Shown piece by piece: positions 27,669 through 36,837 of a stretch of 44,967 nt of DNA (positions are counted from its first letter, which is position 1; every line of letters starts with the position of its first letter). A program made the position numbers and the translations under genes. Source of the DNA: an uncultured delta proteobacterium (GTDB taxonomy: Bacteria; Myxococcota_A; Polyangia; Polyangiales; Polyangiaceae); NCBI GenBank assembly GCA_963731595.1, contig CAVSWE010000003.1, positions 300,948 to 345,914 of the forward strand, given 5' to 3'. The notes below the pieces were generated by a model that was not told the DNA's origin, ran no database searches, and saw nothing but the letters and a program-made list of their open reading frames with translations.

Positions 27669-28454
27669 CTACTTGGCGACGTACGGCAGTAAACGATCGA
27701 ACTCTTTCTTGACCACCTGGTAACACTCGCAAGACCGCTTCTCCAGGCCAGGGCGATCAAGCACGGTGATCCTGCCGCGCTGGTAACGAATCAACCCGGC
27801 TTCCTGCAGCTTCCCCGCGGCCTCGGTAACCCCTTCGCGACGGACGCCAAGCATGTTCGCGATCAACTCCTGAGTCATCGAAAGTTCGTTCGTCGCCAAA
27901 CGATCCAGGCTAAGCAGCAACCAGCGGCACAATTGCTGGTCGACTGAATGGTGCCGATTGCATACCGCGGTCTGCGCCATCTGCGTAATTAGCCCCTGGG
28001 TGTAGCGCAGCAACAGATGCATCATTGGGCCGAAACGCGCGAACTCGTCTTTCAGCAACTGAGCCTTCAAACGGACGCCATAGCCTGCGCTTTGGACAAC
28101 CGCATGACTGGGGGTCGTGTCCCCGCCCATGAAGAGGGATATACCGAGCACACCTTCGTTCCCGACGACAGCGATTTCCGCCGACGCGCCATCCTCCATG
28201 ACGTAAAGCAAGGAAACGATGGCTGTTGTGGGGAAATAGACGTACCGCAGCCGGGCGCCTGGTTCGTAGAGGACCTCACCCAACCCCATCGACACTGTTT
28301 CCAGGTGAGGTTTTAGACGGACGTAATCGCCTGCAGGCAACGCATCCAAAAGATGGTTCTGATGACCGTTTTCGCGCGCGGGCGCAGCCAAATGCAACCT
28401 GCCCTTCAAGGGTGTGTTCGACGCCTTTCGGACGCGTCGGCTAGGACCCGCCAT
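27669..28454 (-). CDS. Crp/Fnr family transcriptional regulator (no N-terminal FNR Cys cluster)
   Basis: A cNMP-binding-like domain (LYEPGARLRYVYFPTTAIVSLLY...GNEGVLG) and a C-terminal HTH (MTQELIANMLGVRREGVTEAAGKLQEAGLIRYQRGRITVLD). The ORF is intact. Confidence 0.88.
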   Translation of the reverse strand: MAGPSRRVRKASNTPLKGRLHLAAPARENGHQNHLLDALPAGDYVRLKPHLETVSMGLGEVLYEPGARLRYVYFPTTAIVSLLYVMEDGASAEIAVVGNEGVLGISLFMGGDTTPSHAVVQSAGYGVRLKAQLLKDEFARFGPMMHLLLRYTQGLITQMAQTAVCNRHHSVDQQLCRWLLLSLDRLATNELSMTQELIANMLGVRREGVTEAAGKLQEAGLIRYQRGRITVLDRPGLEKRSCECYQVVKKEFDRLLPYVAK

Positions 28455-28709
28455 TCGAATATTTTACGCCATCGAGCCGCTTCTTTGTCAGGTAGCGTAC
28501 GAAGGCTGGCGGATGCCACTCGACCCGGTTACCGCTGATTGCGCTGGAAAATCGGCCCGCTTCTGTGCGCAACCGCACGGACAGCACAGAGGAGCCTGGA
28601 TAAGAATGCTACAAATCGACTGAGCAATTTACGCGTTATTGGAATTGCAGCGGCACAGATTAGTGTGCTGCTGCAGTGTGAGAGTCAGCCCATTCAACGG
28701 AGGAACACT

Positions 28710-29156
28710 ATGAGCGAGAGCCTGTTTCGTCAACGCGTTCTACTTATTGGGATTGCCCTGGCGGGCGCGCTTGGGATCCTTATCGGTTGTGCATCGATGT
28801 CCCAGTCGTCGACCCAGCAAATAGTCCTTTCCGGAAGCAATGAGGTGCCTCCGGTAACGACTTCCGCATCGGGCACTGGAACCGTCACCATCAATCCCGA
28901 TCACACCGTCAGCGCAAGCATCACCGTAACAGGAATGGTGGCGACCGCATCACATATTCACGAAGGTGCCGTGGGTATCAACGGTCCCGTTATCGTTCCC
29001 TTCACCAAGACTGGCGACAACACATTCGTTGCACCTGCCGGGGCAAAGCTCACGGACAGCCAATACGCCAGTTACAAGGCGGGCAACCTGTATGTCAATG
29101 CACACAGCGCCCAGCATCCAGGCGGCGAGATCCGCGCTCAGCTCAAAGGCAATTGA
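28710..29156 (+). CDS. CHRD domain-containing lipoprotein
   Basis: GGAGGA precedes the ATG at 28710. The lipobox is LIGC. LSGSNEVPPVTTSASGTGTVTI...ASHIHEGAVGINGPVIV...LYVNAHSAQHPGGEIRAQL matches the CHRD pattern. Confidence 0.8.
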   Translation: MSESLFRQRVLLIGIALAGALGILIGCASMSQSSTQQIVLSGSNEVPPVTTSASGTGTVTINPDHTVSASITVTGMVATASHIHEGAVGINGPVIVPFTKTGDNTFVAPAGAKLTDSQYASYKAGNLYVNAHSAQHPGGEIRAQLKGN

Positions 29157-29522
29157 TGGCGAGCATCGTTGCGGGGCCCGGCGCCTAAGCGACGGGCTTA
29201 GTCTTACTCTCTAAGCAGCTCCGATATTGAATGCGTGCGCTAGCGTACAGACGCAACTGGGTATCGCGCCTATCTTTCGCATAAGAGGGGAAGGGCATCT
29301 TTCTCGCTAAGGGGCCGCTATTTCGATTCGCTTGACACTGAGGGTCATTGAGCTACAAGAAGTGCACTCTTCGTGCTTTAGCCTTTGAAGGGCCGATGAA
29401 AATCTCGCTCGCTGTACTTCGTAACGGTAGCACGGGAGACCGCGTGTCGCGGCTGGGATTCTCGTCCCGGCCGCATTTTCGTCCGTTCGTGCGCCCACGG
29501 TTTGCGACGAGAGGCCAAACCA

Positions 29523-30306
29523 ATGACAGACCAAAAACATACTAATAGGGTGTTGGCAAGCATTCCGCCAAAGGAGTATCAGCGATTACGGGCTCAACTC
29601 GAGCCGGTTACCCTGAGATTCGGGCAGGTACTCTACCAGCCAGGAAAACCGATTCAGCATGTCTACTTTCCCGTCGACTGCCTAATTTCCCTGCTTACGG
29701 CGGTCGACAAACGCCGGACGCTTGAGGTCGGCATGGTTGGCAACGAAGGCATGGCCGGGATGCCCTTCATCCTGGGGATTGGAGTCTCCGGAGTCCGCGC
29801 TCTTGTACAGGGCGGCGGCAACGCGCTTCGCATGGACGCGGCACATTTTCGTATCGAGTTCGACCGCAATCCACCATTGCAGCAGGCGCTCTACCGATAT
29901 ACGTATGCATTGATGGCGCAGATCTCGCAAACTGCGGCGTGCAACCGTTTTCACGAGACCGAAGCGCGCGTGGCCCGGTGGCTTTTGATGACCCGCGACC
30001 GCGTGGGATCGGACGAGTTTCCACTGACGCACGAATTTCTTGCGCATATGTTGGGCTTGCGGCGCGTGGGGGTCACGGAGGCCGCCAGCGCACTCAAGCG
30101 GCGCAAGCTAATCGGTTATAGCCGAGGCAAGATACACGATCCTAGATACCAAGGGGCTTAAGGCGGCGTCTTGCTCGTGCTATCAAGCCGTAAAGACGGT
30201 GTACGACCGCGCGCAGAACGCCAACGGCGTGAGACAAGGGCCACGTCGTCGTGTCGGCAATTCCGGACGGCACCACATCGCCAACGAGAAGCGATTGGCG
30301 TCGTAG
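29523..30306 (+). CDS. Crp/Fnr family transcriptional regulator, paralog of 27669-28454, with one frame disruption near 30137
   Basis: Collinear with the neighbouring paralog (LYQPGKPIQHVYFPVDCLISLL...GNEGMAG...LTHEFLAHMLGLRRVGVTEAASALKRRKLIGYSRGKI). After GKI the paralog-like tail ILDTKGLKAASCSCYQAVKTVYDRA is in the +1 frame. The true stop is uncertain (30161 as annotated, 30306 in the shifted frame). Confidence 0.75.
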
Positions 30307-30408
30307 GCACACGCCGCCCGCAAACGCCGTCGCTAGCCGCCGCCCCGGATCCCAACACGCTTCGGTGTCCAGGAACAACAAGCTCACGATATCACGCGGC
30401 GTCACTGC

Positions 30409-30993
30409 TCACCTCGACGCCACCACAAAGCGATCGGCGCTCATACGCAGCCAGGCACCGCCGGGATCGACGTCGTACGCGCGCGCCCACGCAGCAGCGT
30501 CGGTGTCGCCGTCGACATGAAATCCGTGGCGCGCTAGTAGCGCCGCCATCTCCTCCGGGCGATATCGCGATCGAAACGGCTCGCGGAGGAGCGCGGCGAG
30601 GAGGCCAGTAAAGCGGGTGGACCACTTCGGTTTGTTGTAGTGCACGAGCACGCGACTCTTCGGCGCCGAGCGTAGCTGGACCACGGCGAACGTGGCAGCG
30701 ACGGCGGCGGGCTCGAGGTACATGATCACGCCCTCCCAGACCCACGTCGTCGGGCACGACGGATCGTGTCCGGCGTCCTCGAGCGCGCCATCGAGTGCGT
30801 CGCGGGTGAAGTCGAACGGGACGAAGCGCACTTCGCGCGCCGCGACAGGAAAAGCCGCGATGCGTTCGCGCTTCTCCTTCTGCGTGTCGGGATGATCGAC
30901 CTCGAAGACGACACTGTCGGAGAGCTCCTTCATGCGCCAGGCGCGTCCGTCGAGGCCCACGCCGAGGATCACAATCTGCGCGCCCGGGTTCAT
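30409..30993 (-). pseudogene. Class I SAM-dependent methyltransferase (TIGR00027/LCM-like O-methyltransferase), probably N-terminally truncated
   Basis: QIVILGVGLDGRAWRM, VFEVDHPDTQKEKRERI and WVWEGVIMYL are typical of this family. The roughly 60-70 N-terminal residues expected are missing or overlap the divergent ChaN start, and no good start codon is seen. Confidence 0.5.
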
Positions 30994-31056
30994 CGTGCCT
31001 GGGACGAATTGCTGAGTGTGACAGGCCGAATCCAGAGCGCGATGTACACTGGTCGC

Positions 31057-31944
31057 ATGTTCCGAGCACGCCTCGGATTGGAAGTCGCCGCCTGTTTGCT
31101 TTGGCTGACCCCGGCTGCCGGTGCCTTGGCAGCAGCGGTTGAGCTTAACCCGACCCCTGGCGCACTGGTGCAGGCGATGCAAGGCCACCGCGTCGTCCTG
31201 CTCGGGGAGGTACACGACAATGCCGCACAACACGCGCTGCGAGCCGCGGCCTTGCGCCAATGGGTCCTGCAGGGCGCTCGTCCCGCTCTCGCGTTCGAGC
31301 AGTTCGACCGGGAACGTCAGGCCGACATCGAACGCGCCCGGCGCGAACGGCCAACCGACGCCGATTACCTCATCGCGCAAGCCAAGAGCGGCGGCGACTG
31401 GCGCTGGGAATCCTACCGTCCGTTCGTGGCTTTGGCGCTCGAATATGGACTACCGATCGTCGCCGCGAATCTGTCTCGCGGCGAGGCGATGCAGGTGGCA
31501 AAGGACGGCTGGCCTGCGCTTTTCGATTCGGCGACACGCAGCGCTCTTGCGCTCGACGCGCTACCCGCCGACTTCTGGCACAAACACGAGGATGCGATTG
31601 CCCTCGGCCATTGCAACTTGCTCTCGGCAGAAGAGCTGCCGGCCCTGGCGCGCGCACAAATGGCGCGCGACATCGTCATAGCGCGTTCGATCCGCCCTTA
31701 CATCGACCGGGGCGTCGTGCTCTTGACCGGAAATGGTCATGTGCGTCGTGACATCGGAGTTCCATTCTGGCTACCGGCTGATGCTGCGCAGAGTGCGCTT
31801 AGTATTGGCATGCTTGAGCGCGACGACGGATTGGCGTCCGAGTCCGCGGACGAATTCGATGCCTATGTAATCACCGAACGCGCCCAGCGAACGGACCCCT
31901 GCATAGGACTGACAAGAGACCTCAAGCATGCCACTTCGCCATGA
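31057..31944 (+). CDS. ChaN-like haem-binding/uptake (Tiki superfamily) protein
   Basis: A signal-like N-terminus (MFRARLGLEVAACLLWLTPAAGALAA) is followed by VVLLGEVHDNAAQHALRAA..., FEQFDRERQ, and LLTGNGHVRRDIGVPFWL (GNGH motif). The start at 31042 is an alternative. Confidence 0.7.
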   Translation: MFRARLGLEVAACLLWLTPAAGALAAAVELNPTPGALVQAMQGHRVVLLGEVHDNAAQHALRAAALRQWVLQGARPALAFEQFDRERQADIERARRERPTDADYLIAQAKSGGDWRWESYRPFVALALEYGLPIVAANLSRGEAMQVAKDGWPALFDSATRSALALDALPADFWHKHEDAIALGHCNLLSAEELPALARAQMARDIVIARSIRPYIDRGVVLLTGNGHVRRDIGVPFWLPADAAQSALSIGMLERDDGLASESADEFDAYVITERAQRTDPCIGLTRDLKHATSP

Positions 31945-32182
31945 GCGCAGGACAATCCCCTTCGGTACTAAGCGCGGAAGTCGAAGTGCGACGGACGAAG
32001 TGCCGAGCGTGACGCGCTCAATATGAAGAATTTCGCGCGAAGAAAGGCCGCGTCGCGCTCACTGGCTCCATATGGTTAAACAAGCCTGCCGTCGAATGCG
32101 TGCCAAGAACCCCGTACGACGAATGAGGTATAAAGAACCGGTTGAGTTCGTTCGTAGAGCACCCGACTACATCGATCCAAGA

Positions 32183-32731
32183 ATGTCGGACCGTCTAATG
32201 TCTCTCAAAACCGCTTGGCGGCTTATTTGCGTGGCCATGTTGTGGACCGGGGCTTGGATCTGCCATGCGCAGATGCATAGTGGAGAACTGAAGACCATTG
32301 CTATCCTTGAATTTGATCTTGTAGATGATCAGCACGAGCTTTCTCCTGCAACCGTCGAATATCAGCGTCTGACCGCAATCCATGACCAGTTGCAAGACGA
32401 GTTCGCCAAAAACGGTCTGTATCGCATCATCGACGTGGGACCAGCCACGGAGCTAATCAAGGTGCATCAATCCAGGTCCCAGCTACGTGAATGCAATGGT
32501 TGCGAGCTTGACATAGCTCGCTCGTTGCAAGCCGATCGGGTCTTGATTGGCTGGGTCCAGAAGGTGAGCAATCTGATTGTCAATATCAACATTCAGATTG
32601 AAGATGCGGCAACCGGCGCGATATTGCTGAACAAATCGGTCGACTTGCGCGGCAATACGGACGAGTCTTGGGGACGCGGCGTCTCCTATATCGTCAAAAG
32701 CATGATCGAGAAAAACCAAGGCAATCTTTGA
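32183..32731 (+). CDS. Periplasmic DUF3280/DUF2380-like protein
   Basis: A signal peptide (MSLKTAWRLICVAMLWTGAWICHAQ) is followed by IAILEFDLVDD..., CNGCELDIARSLQADRVLIGWVQKVSNLIVNINIQIED and DLRGNTDESWGRG. I recall this pattern for that family, but the name is from memory. The start may be 32198. Confidence 0.55.
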   Translation: MSDRLMSLKTAWRLICVAMLWTGAWICHAQMHSGELKTIAILEFDLVDDQHELSPATVEYQRLTAIHDQLQDEFAKNGLYRIIDVGPATELIKVHQSRSQLRECNGCELDIARSLQADRVLIGWVQKVSNLIVNINIQIEDAATGAILLNKSVDLRGNTDESWGRGVSYIVKSMIEKNQGNL

Positions 32732-32905
32732 CAAAACAATCCCGGTAAGTAGATCAGGTCGGTCGACGTCCTGAGCACCGGGTACTAAGTGCCTCGCGCC
32801 AAGTGCGTCGTGCTTCGAGCGACAACGCCGATGAGATTTGACGCTGATCAAAGCTAGGAATATGGTTGCCGAGAGATTGATGTTTCGGAACCCTTGGCGC
32901 TGCCG

Positions 32906-34516
32906 ATGAACCTTGCACGTGTCGCCTGTCTCACTGCTTTTGTCCTGGCAGGCTCGATTTCAATTAACTCGGCCGCGGGTCCGTCCGAGGATGCGGATGC
33001 CGCCTTCAAAAATGGTGACTACGCAACCGCGCTTCGCTTATCGCGTGAGTTGGCCGAACAGGGTGAAGCCTTTGCCCAATCTCGTCTCGGCGTGATGTAC
33101 CGCGACGGTCGTGGTGTGTTGCGGGACGATCAGCAGGCGGTGGAGTGGTTTCGCAAGGCGGCCGAGCAAGGCAGGGCAAACGCCCAAGACAATCTCGGTG
33201 GCATGTACGAAACGGGCCGCGGCGTCGCCAAGGACGACGCGGAGGCGGTCAAGTGGTATCGCAAAGCAACGGAGCAAGGCAATGCCATCGGCCAAGCCAA
33301 GCTCGGCTACATGTACGAAACCGGCCGTGGCGTCGCCAAGGATGAGGCGCAAGCGGTCGAGTGGTACCGCAAAGCTGCCGAACAGGGCAACACGATCGCC
33401 CAGACCAATCTTGGCTACATGTATGAAACCGGCCGCGGTGGTCTGCCACAGGATGATACGCAGGCGGTTATGTGGTTTCGCAAGGCCGCCGAGCAAGGTA
33501 ATACGATTGGTCAATCTCGTCTCGGAGCGATGTACCACGAGGGCCGGGGTGGTCTGCCGCAGGATGATAAGCAGGCGGTTGAGTGGTATCGCAAAGCGGC
33601 CGCGCAAGGTGACACAAACGCTAAGAACGTCCTAGCTTCGGTTGAACAAAGAGGCCACGAGGATGCTGACCTATCTCGCACGGTCGCGGACCTCGTCAAG
33701 GCGAACGAGAAAGACCTTCCCACCACACCAGTTGCCGACACCGAGCGCGCCGCCCTCGCCCACGAAATCACTGAAGCTACTCACGCACGCGAGATACTGT
33801 CCAATATGCCGGCGGATATCAAAGGGGGGTGGGATCCTGCAAACCCAGCCTCGAAGCTCCCACCGAAGCTGTTGGACGCGCTTCGCGCCACAGCCCTTGC
33901 TACGTTCCAGCCCGACCCGATCCTGACTTCCTTCGAGCAAAAATTGGCCGAAACGCTCGATGCTTCGACGTTGCTGATTGGGTTGCAGTGGGAGCGCTCC
34001 GACCTTGGACAGCATATGACCCGCCTTCAGCTCGAAGCGAAAGGGCCTGAACAACGCGCCGCTTACAAGGAGTTCGCTCGCCAATTCCTAAGCCAGGGCG
34101 GCATGGTCAATGACGGGCGCGCGCGCGCCTGCGCACAGGCAGACGTCCTCGAGAACAATACGGAGGTCATGCTCCCCTTTCTTGAAGCGGTCGCCACTGG
34201 CGGAATCATGGCGGCACTCACCCAACAGGGAAGGCCCCTAGATATGAAGGAAATAGAGCGTGCCATCGTCAAGATAAGGCCGCTGTTGCGCGAATCGGCG
34301 CGTCAAGGAGCGTTGGCGAGCTGCCTGTTCCAAAGCCGGGAGCTGACCGACACGGAGCTGGAGCAGTGGGTCGAATTCTTGCGCAGCGATGCCGGGGGGC
34401 GCTACGCACGGGGAACAAATGCGGCGATGAGGGATGCTCTGCTTGCACGGGCCGAAATCTTCACCCGCGTGATGCTTGAAATGGCGCGGCAACTCAAGGG
34501 GCGTGCAGAATCCTGA
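32906..34516 (+). CDS. Secreted Sel1-like (SLR/TPR) repeat protein with a roughly 280-aa non-repeat C-terminal domain
   Basis: A signal peptide precedes about 6 tandem approximately 36-aa Sel1 repeats (A.A..NLG.MYE.GRGV.KD...AV.WYRKAAEQG). The region from about residue 250 onward is non-repetitive and helical. The ORF is intact. Confidence 0.85.
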   Translation: MNLARVACLTAFVLAGSISINSAAGPSEDADAAFKNGDYATALRLSRELAEQGEAFAQSRLGVMYRDGRGVLRDDQQAVEWFRKAAEQGRANAQDNLGGMYETGRGVAKDDAEAVKWYRKATEQGNAIGQAKLGYMYETGRGVAKDEAQAVEWYRKAAEQGNTIAQTNLGYMYETGRGGLPQDDTQAVMWFRKAAEQGNTIGQSRLGAMYHEGRGGLPQDDKQAVEWYRKAAAQGDTNAKNVLASVEQRGHEDADLSRTVADLVKANEKDLPTTPVADTERAALAHEITEATHAREILSNMPADIKGGWDPANPASKLPPKLLDALRATALATFQPDPILTSFEQKLAETLDASTLLIGLQWERSDLGQHMTRLQLEAKGPEQRAAYKEFARQFLSQGGMVNDGRARACAQADVLENNTEVMLPFLEAVATGGIMAALTQQGRPLDMKEIERAIVKIRPLLRESARQGALASCLFQSRELTDTELEQWVEFLRSDAGGRYARGTNAAMRDALLARAEIFTRVMLEMARQLKGRAES

Positions 34517-34779
34517 GGACGCATGTACGGTCTTGACCGCGACGCAGTGCCGGTAGCGATCCTCGGGTGCGTCGCTGCACAGAAGCGCGCAGAAGCTAAA
34601 CAAACCCCGCTCGGAAGGCGAGGTCCTCGCACCTGGCACGGCGCACTGAGTTCTTAGCCGTCGTGCGAAGTGCTCCGAGCTCTGAACTGCGAATGACGCG
34701 CGGTTGCATCAACGGGTCCATCGCTCCCGGCTGGCGTTGAGGCGTGTACCATGAGACTGTTATTCGCAGAGCGGCGATC

Positions 34780-35349
34780 ATGAACACGAAAGCAAGGCTC
34801 GACGAAGCCAGCGCTCGTAGGATCGCGGCGGGGCGCTTAGCAGCGATTCAAGACCGCATAGTTGCTGGACTCGGGGCGCTGGGCCCACTACCAACGAAGC
34901 CCATAGCGCGAGAGCAGAGGATGACCGCTGTTCTCAGACGGGCATTCGGTGACTGGCTGCTTGGCGTAAGGCAATGGGGTCGTAGGACGGGGTATCTGGT
35001 TGCGCAACCCAGTGACCCGGACGGTTGGATTGCAATCGTACTTATCATGTATAACGCCCGCAGCGACCGAAAGCAATTCTGGGTCTTGGCGAGCATTTCG
35101 GCGCACGCCACCGCTCGGCTCTTAGAACGGCGGCGCGACGTGAACCTAGAGCGGATTCTTGAAGAGGAACTGGGCGGCGCGGCAGCGTTAATTGAGTTCG
35201 CCGTAAGGTTCTGCCTAAATAAACTTAGCGATGAAGAAGCGCGCCAGACCAGTTTCGTATTTAGCACGACAAATGGCGAATTCCGACTGACGCGCGACGG
35301 TGATTCGCTAGTCGCGACGACTTGGGTGCCCAAGAAGGCAGGGTCATAG
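34780..35349 (+). CDS. Hypothetical protein
   Basis: A 189-201 codon open frame with no recognisable motifs. The start is 34744 or 34780. Confidence 0.3.
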   Translation: MNTKARLDEASARRIAAGRLAAIQDRIVAGLGALGPLPTKPIAREQRMTAVLRRAFGDWLLGVRQWGRRTGYLVAQPSDPDGWIAIVLIMYNARSDRKQFWVLASISAHATARLLERRRDVNLERILEEELGGAAALIEFAVRFCLNKLSDEEARQTSFVFSTTNGEFRLTRDGDSLVATTWVPKKAGS

Positions 35350-35465
35350 GGAGTCTGCCCGGGCTCGCACTTGGTAGCGAGTCTCCGCACTTTGTACCTG
35401 GTGCTTCGAAGAACCATTTCGTATAACGATCAAGCATCCTCGACTCGCTTACGAAGCGGTGCCCA

Positions 35466-36041
35466 ATGAATGGAAAGATCATTCTAGTCAATGGTGCGTC
35501 GAGCTCGGGGAAGTCGACGTTCTGTCGGGCTCTTCAGGCACGCCTCGATGAACCCTTTTGGCATTTCTCAATTGATCACTTACGTGGTGCCGGCATCTTG
35601 CCTACGGCGCGCATCGAGAAGGGGGACTTTTCTTGGTCTGGAATGCGGCCAGCATTCTTCGAAGGATTTCACCGCTGCTTGCCAGCACTCGCCGAAGCCG
35701 GCAATAACCTAATCGTCGAGCACATCATTGAGACCAAGGCGTGGATGTCTCGCCTTACACACCTCCTTGAGTCATTTGACGTGTTCTTTGTTGGACTTCA
35801 TTGCCCACTTTCCGAGCTTGAGAAGCGCGAACTTCAACGCGGCGACCGACGGACAGGCGAAGCCCGCCAAGACTACGACGTGGTGCATACATTCGGGACC
35901 TATGACCACGAAATTAACTCGATCCAACTGCCTGAGGACAACGTCAATGAAGTGCTTAAGATGTGGCAGTTGCGAACGCTACCGTCCGCTATGGATAGGA
36001 TGCTGGCCGCCGAACGGCGAGCTATTCAAAATGCGCCCTAA
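35466..36041 (+). CDS. Chloramphenicol-phosphotransferase-like (CPT family) P-loop kinase
   Basis: MNGKIILVNGASSSGKSTFCRALQ (P-loop GxSSxGKS), FSIDHL and LIVEHI blocks, and a size of about 190 aa are typical of the CPT family. The ORF is intact. Confidence 0.75.
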   Translation: MNGKIILVNGASSSGKSTFCRALQARLDEPFWHFSIDHLRGAGILPTARIEKGDFSWSGMRPAFFEGFHRCLPALAEAGNNLIVEHIIETKAWMSRLTHLLESFDVFFVGLHCPLSELEKRELQRGDRRTGEARQDYDVVHTFGTYDHEINSIQLPEDNVNEVLKMWQLRTLPSAMDRMLAAERRAIQNAP

Positions 36042-36135
36042 CCACGCCATTGTGCCGATCCCAACGGACGACCAGAAAGGCCACCTACGGAAAGAGCTTT
36101 AGGACTGCTCGGGGTCGGTTCGGGACTGTCGATGA

Positions 36136-36288
36136 ATAGGCGGCTCTCGAGTAGCAGACAGCCGCGAATTCGAGCTCGCGGGAATTGCAGTGCACGTGGG
36201 CGCGCGGATTGCCGCGACGGCGCATGCCGGCGAGGTAGTCGTGTCGAGCACCGTGCGCGATCTTGTTGCCGGCTCAGGGCTCGAGCTA
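36136..36288 (+). pseudogene. Orphan C-terminal fragment of an adenylate/guanylate cyclase catalytic domain
   Basis: Reads ...EFELAGIAVHVGARIAATAHAGEVVVSSTVRDLVAGSGLEL. This is the conserved GxAVHxGARIxxxAxxGEVLVSxTVxDLVxGSG block, with no N-terminal part. It ends where the IS fragment begins. Confidence 0.5.
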
Positions 36289-36576
36289 ATGCCACATCAG
36301 CTCAACGTTGCGCTGGGCTTCCATCTCCAGCCGACGCGTCGACTGGATCCGGTTCAGGTAACCGTAGATGTACAGCTTGAGCAGAACGGAGGGGTGGTAC
36401 GCGGGCCGACCGGTCACCGCCGGGTCGATGCTCTTGAATCCCAGGCTGCGTAGCTCGAGTTCCTCGATAAAGGCTTCTACCACTCGGACCGGATTGTCCT
36501 CTGCAACGTAGTCGTCCAACGATTCCGGTAGTAAAGTGCCCTGGGTGCGGTCCACGCCTTCAATGAATCGCTTCAT
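36286..36576 (-). mobile_element. IS1182-family transposase, N-terminal 96-codon fragment only
   Basis: Reads MKRFIEGVDRTQGTLLPESLDDYVAEDNPVRVVEAFIEELELRSLGF...TGRPAYHPSVLLKLYIYGYLNRIQSTRRLEMEAQRNVELMW, the typical IS1182/IS5-type N-terminal (DUF772) domain. The DDE domain is absent. Confidence 0.75.
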
Positions 36577-36837
36577 AGGCTGCCCTCCGATACGCTTTAT
36601 CTACTTATAGAACATCTTTACGTTTTTACACAGGCTCGGCCAGGTGCAGACGGTCAGGGGCGCCGTCCAATTTCCCTGGAACCGGACACTCATCTCGGGC
36701 CTGCTTTGCTGGGGCGCGCACGGCATGAACTGGCCCCGTCCGCAACGACATGTAGGCCGCCGGTGCGGCAGGGCGTTCGGGAGGTAGGCCCCTGGAAATG
36801 ATTCGCCTACTAACGCCCTCGGTCCGACTTAGTAACG

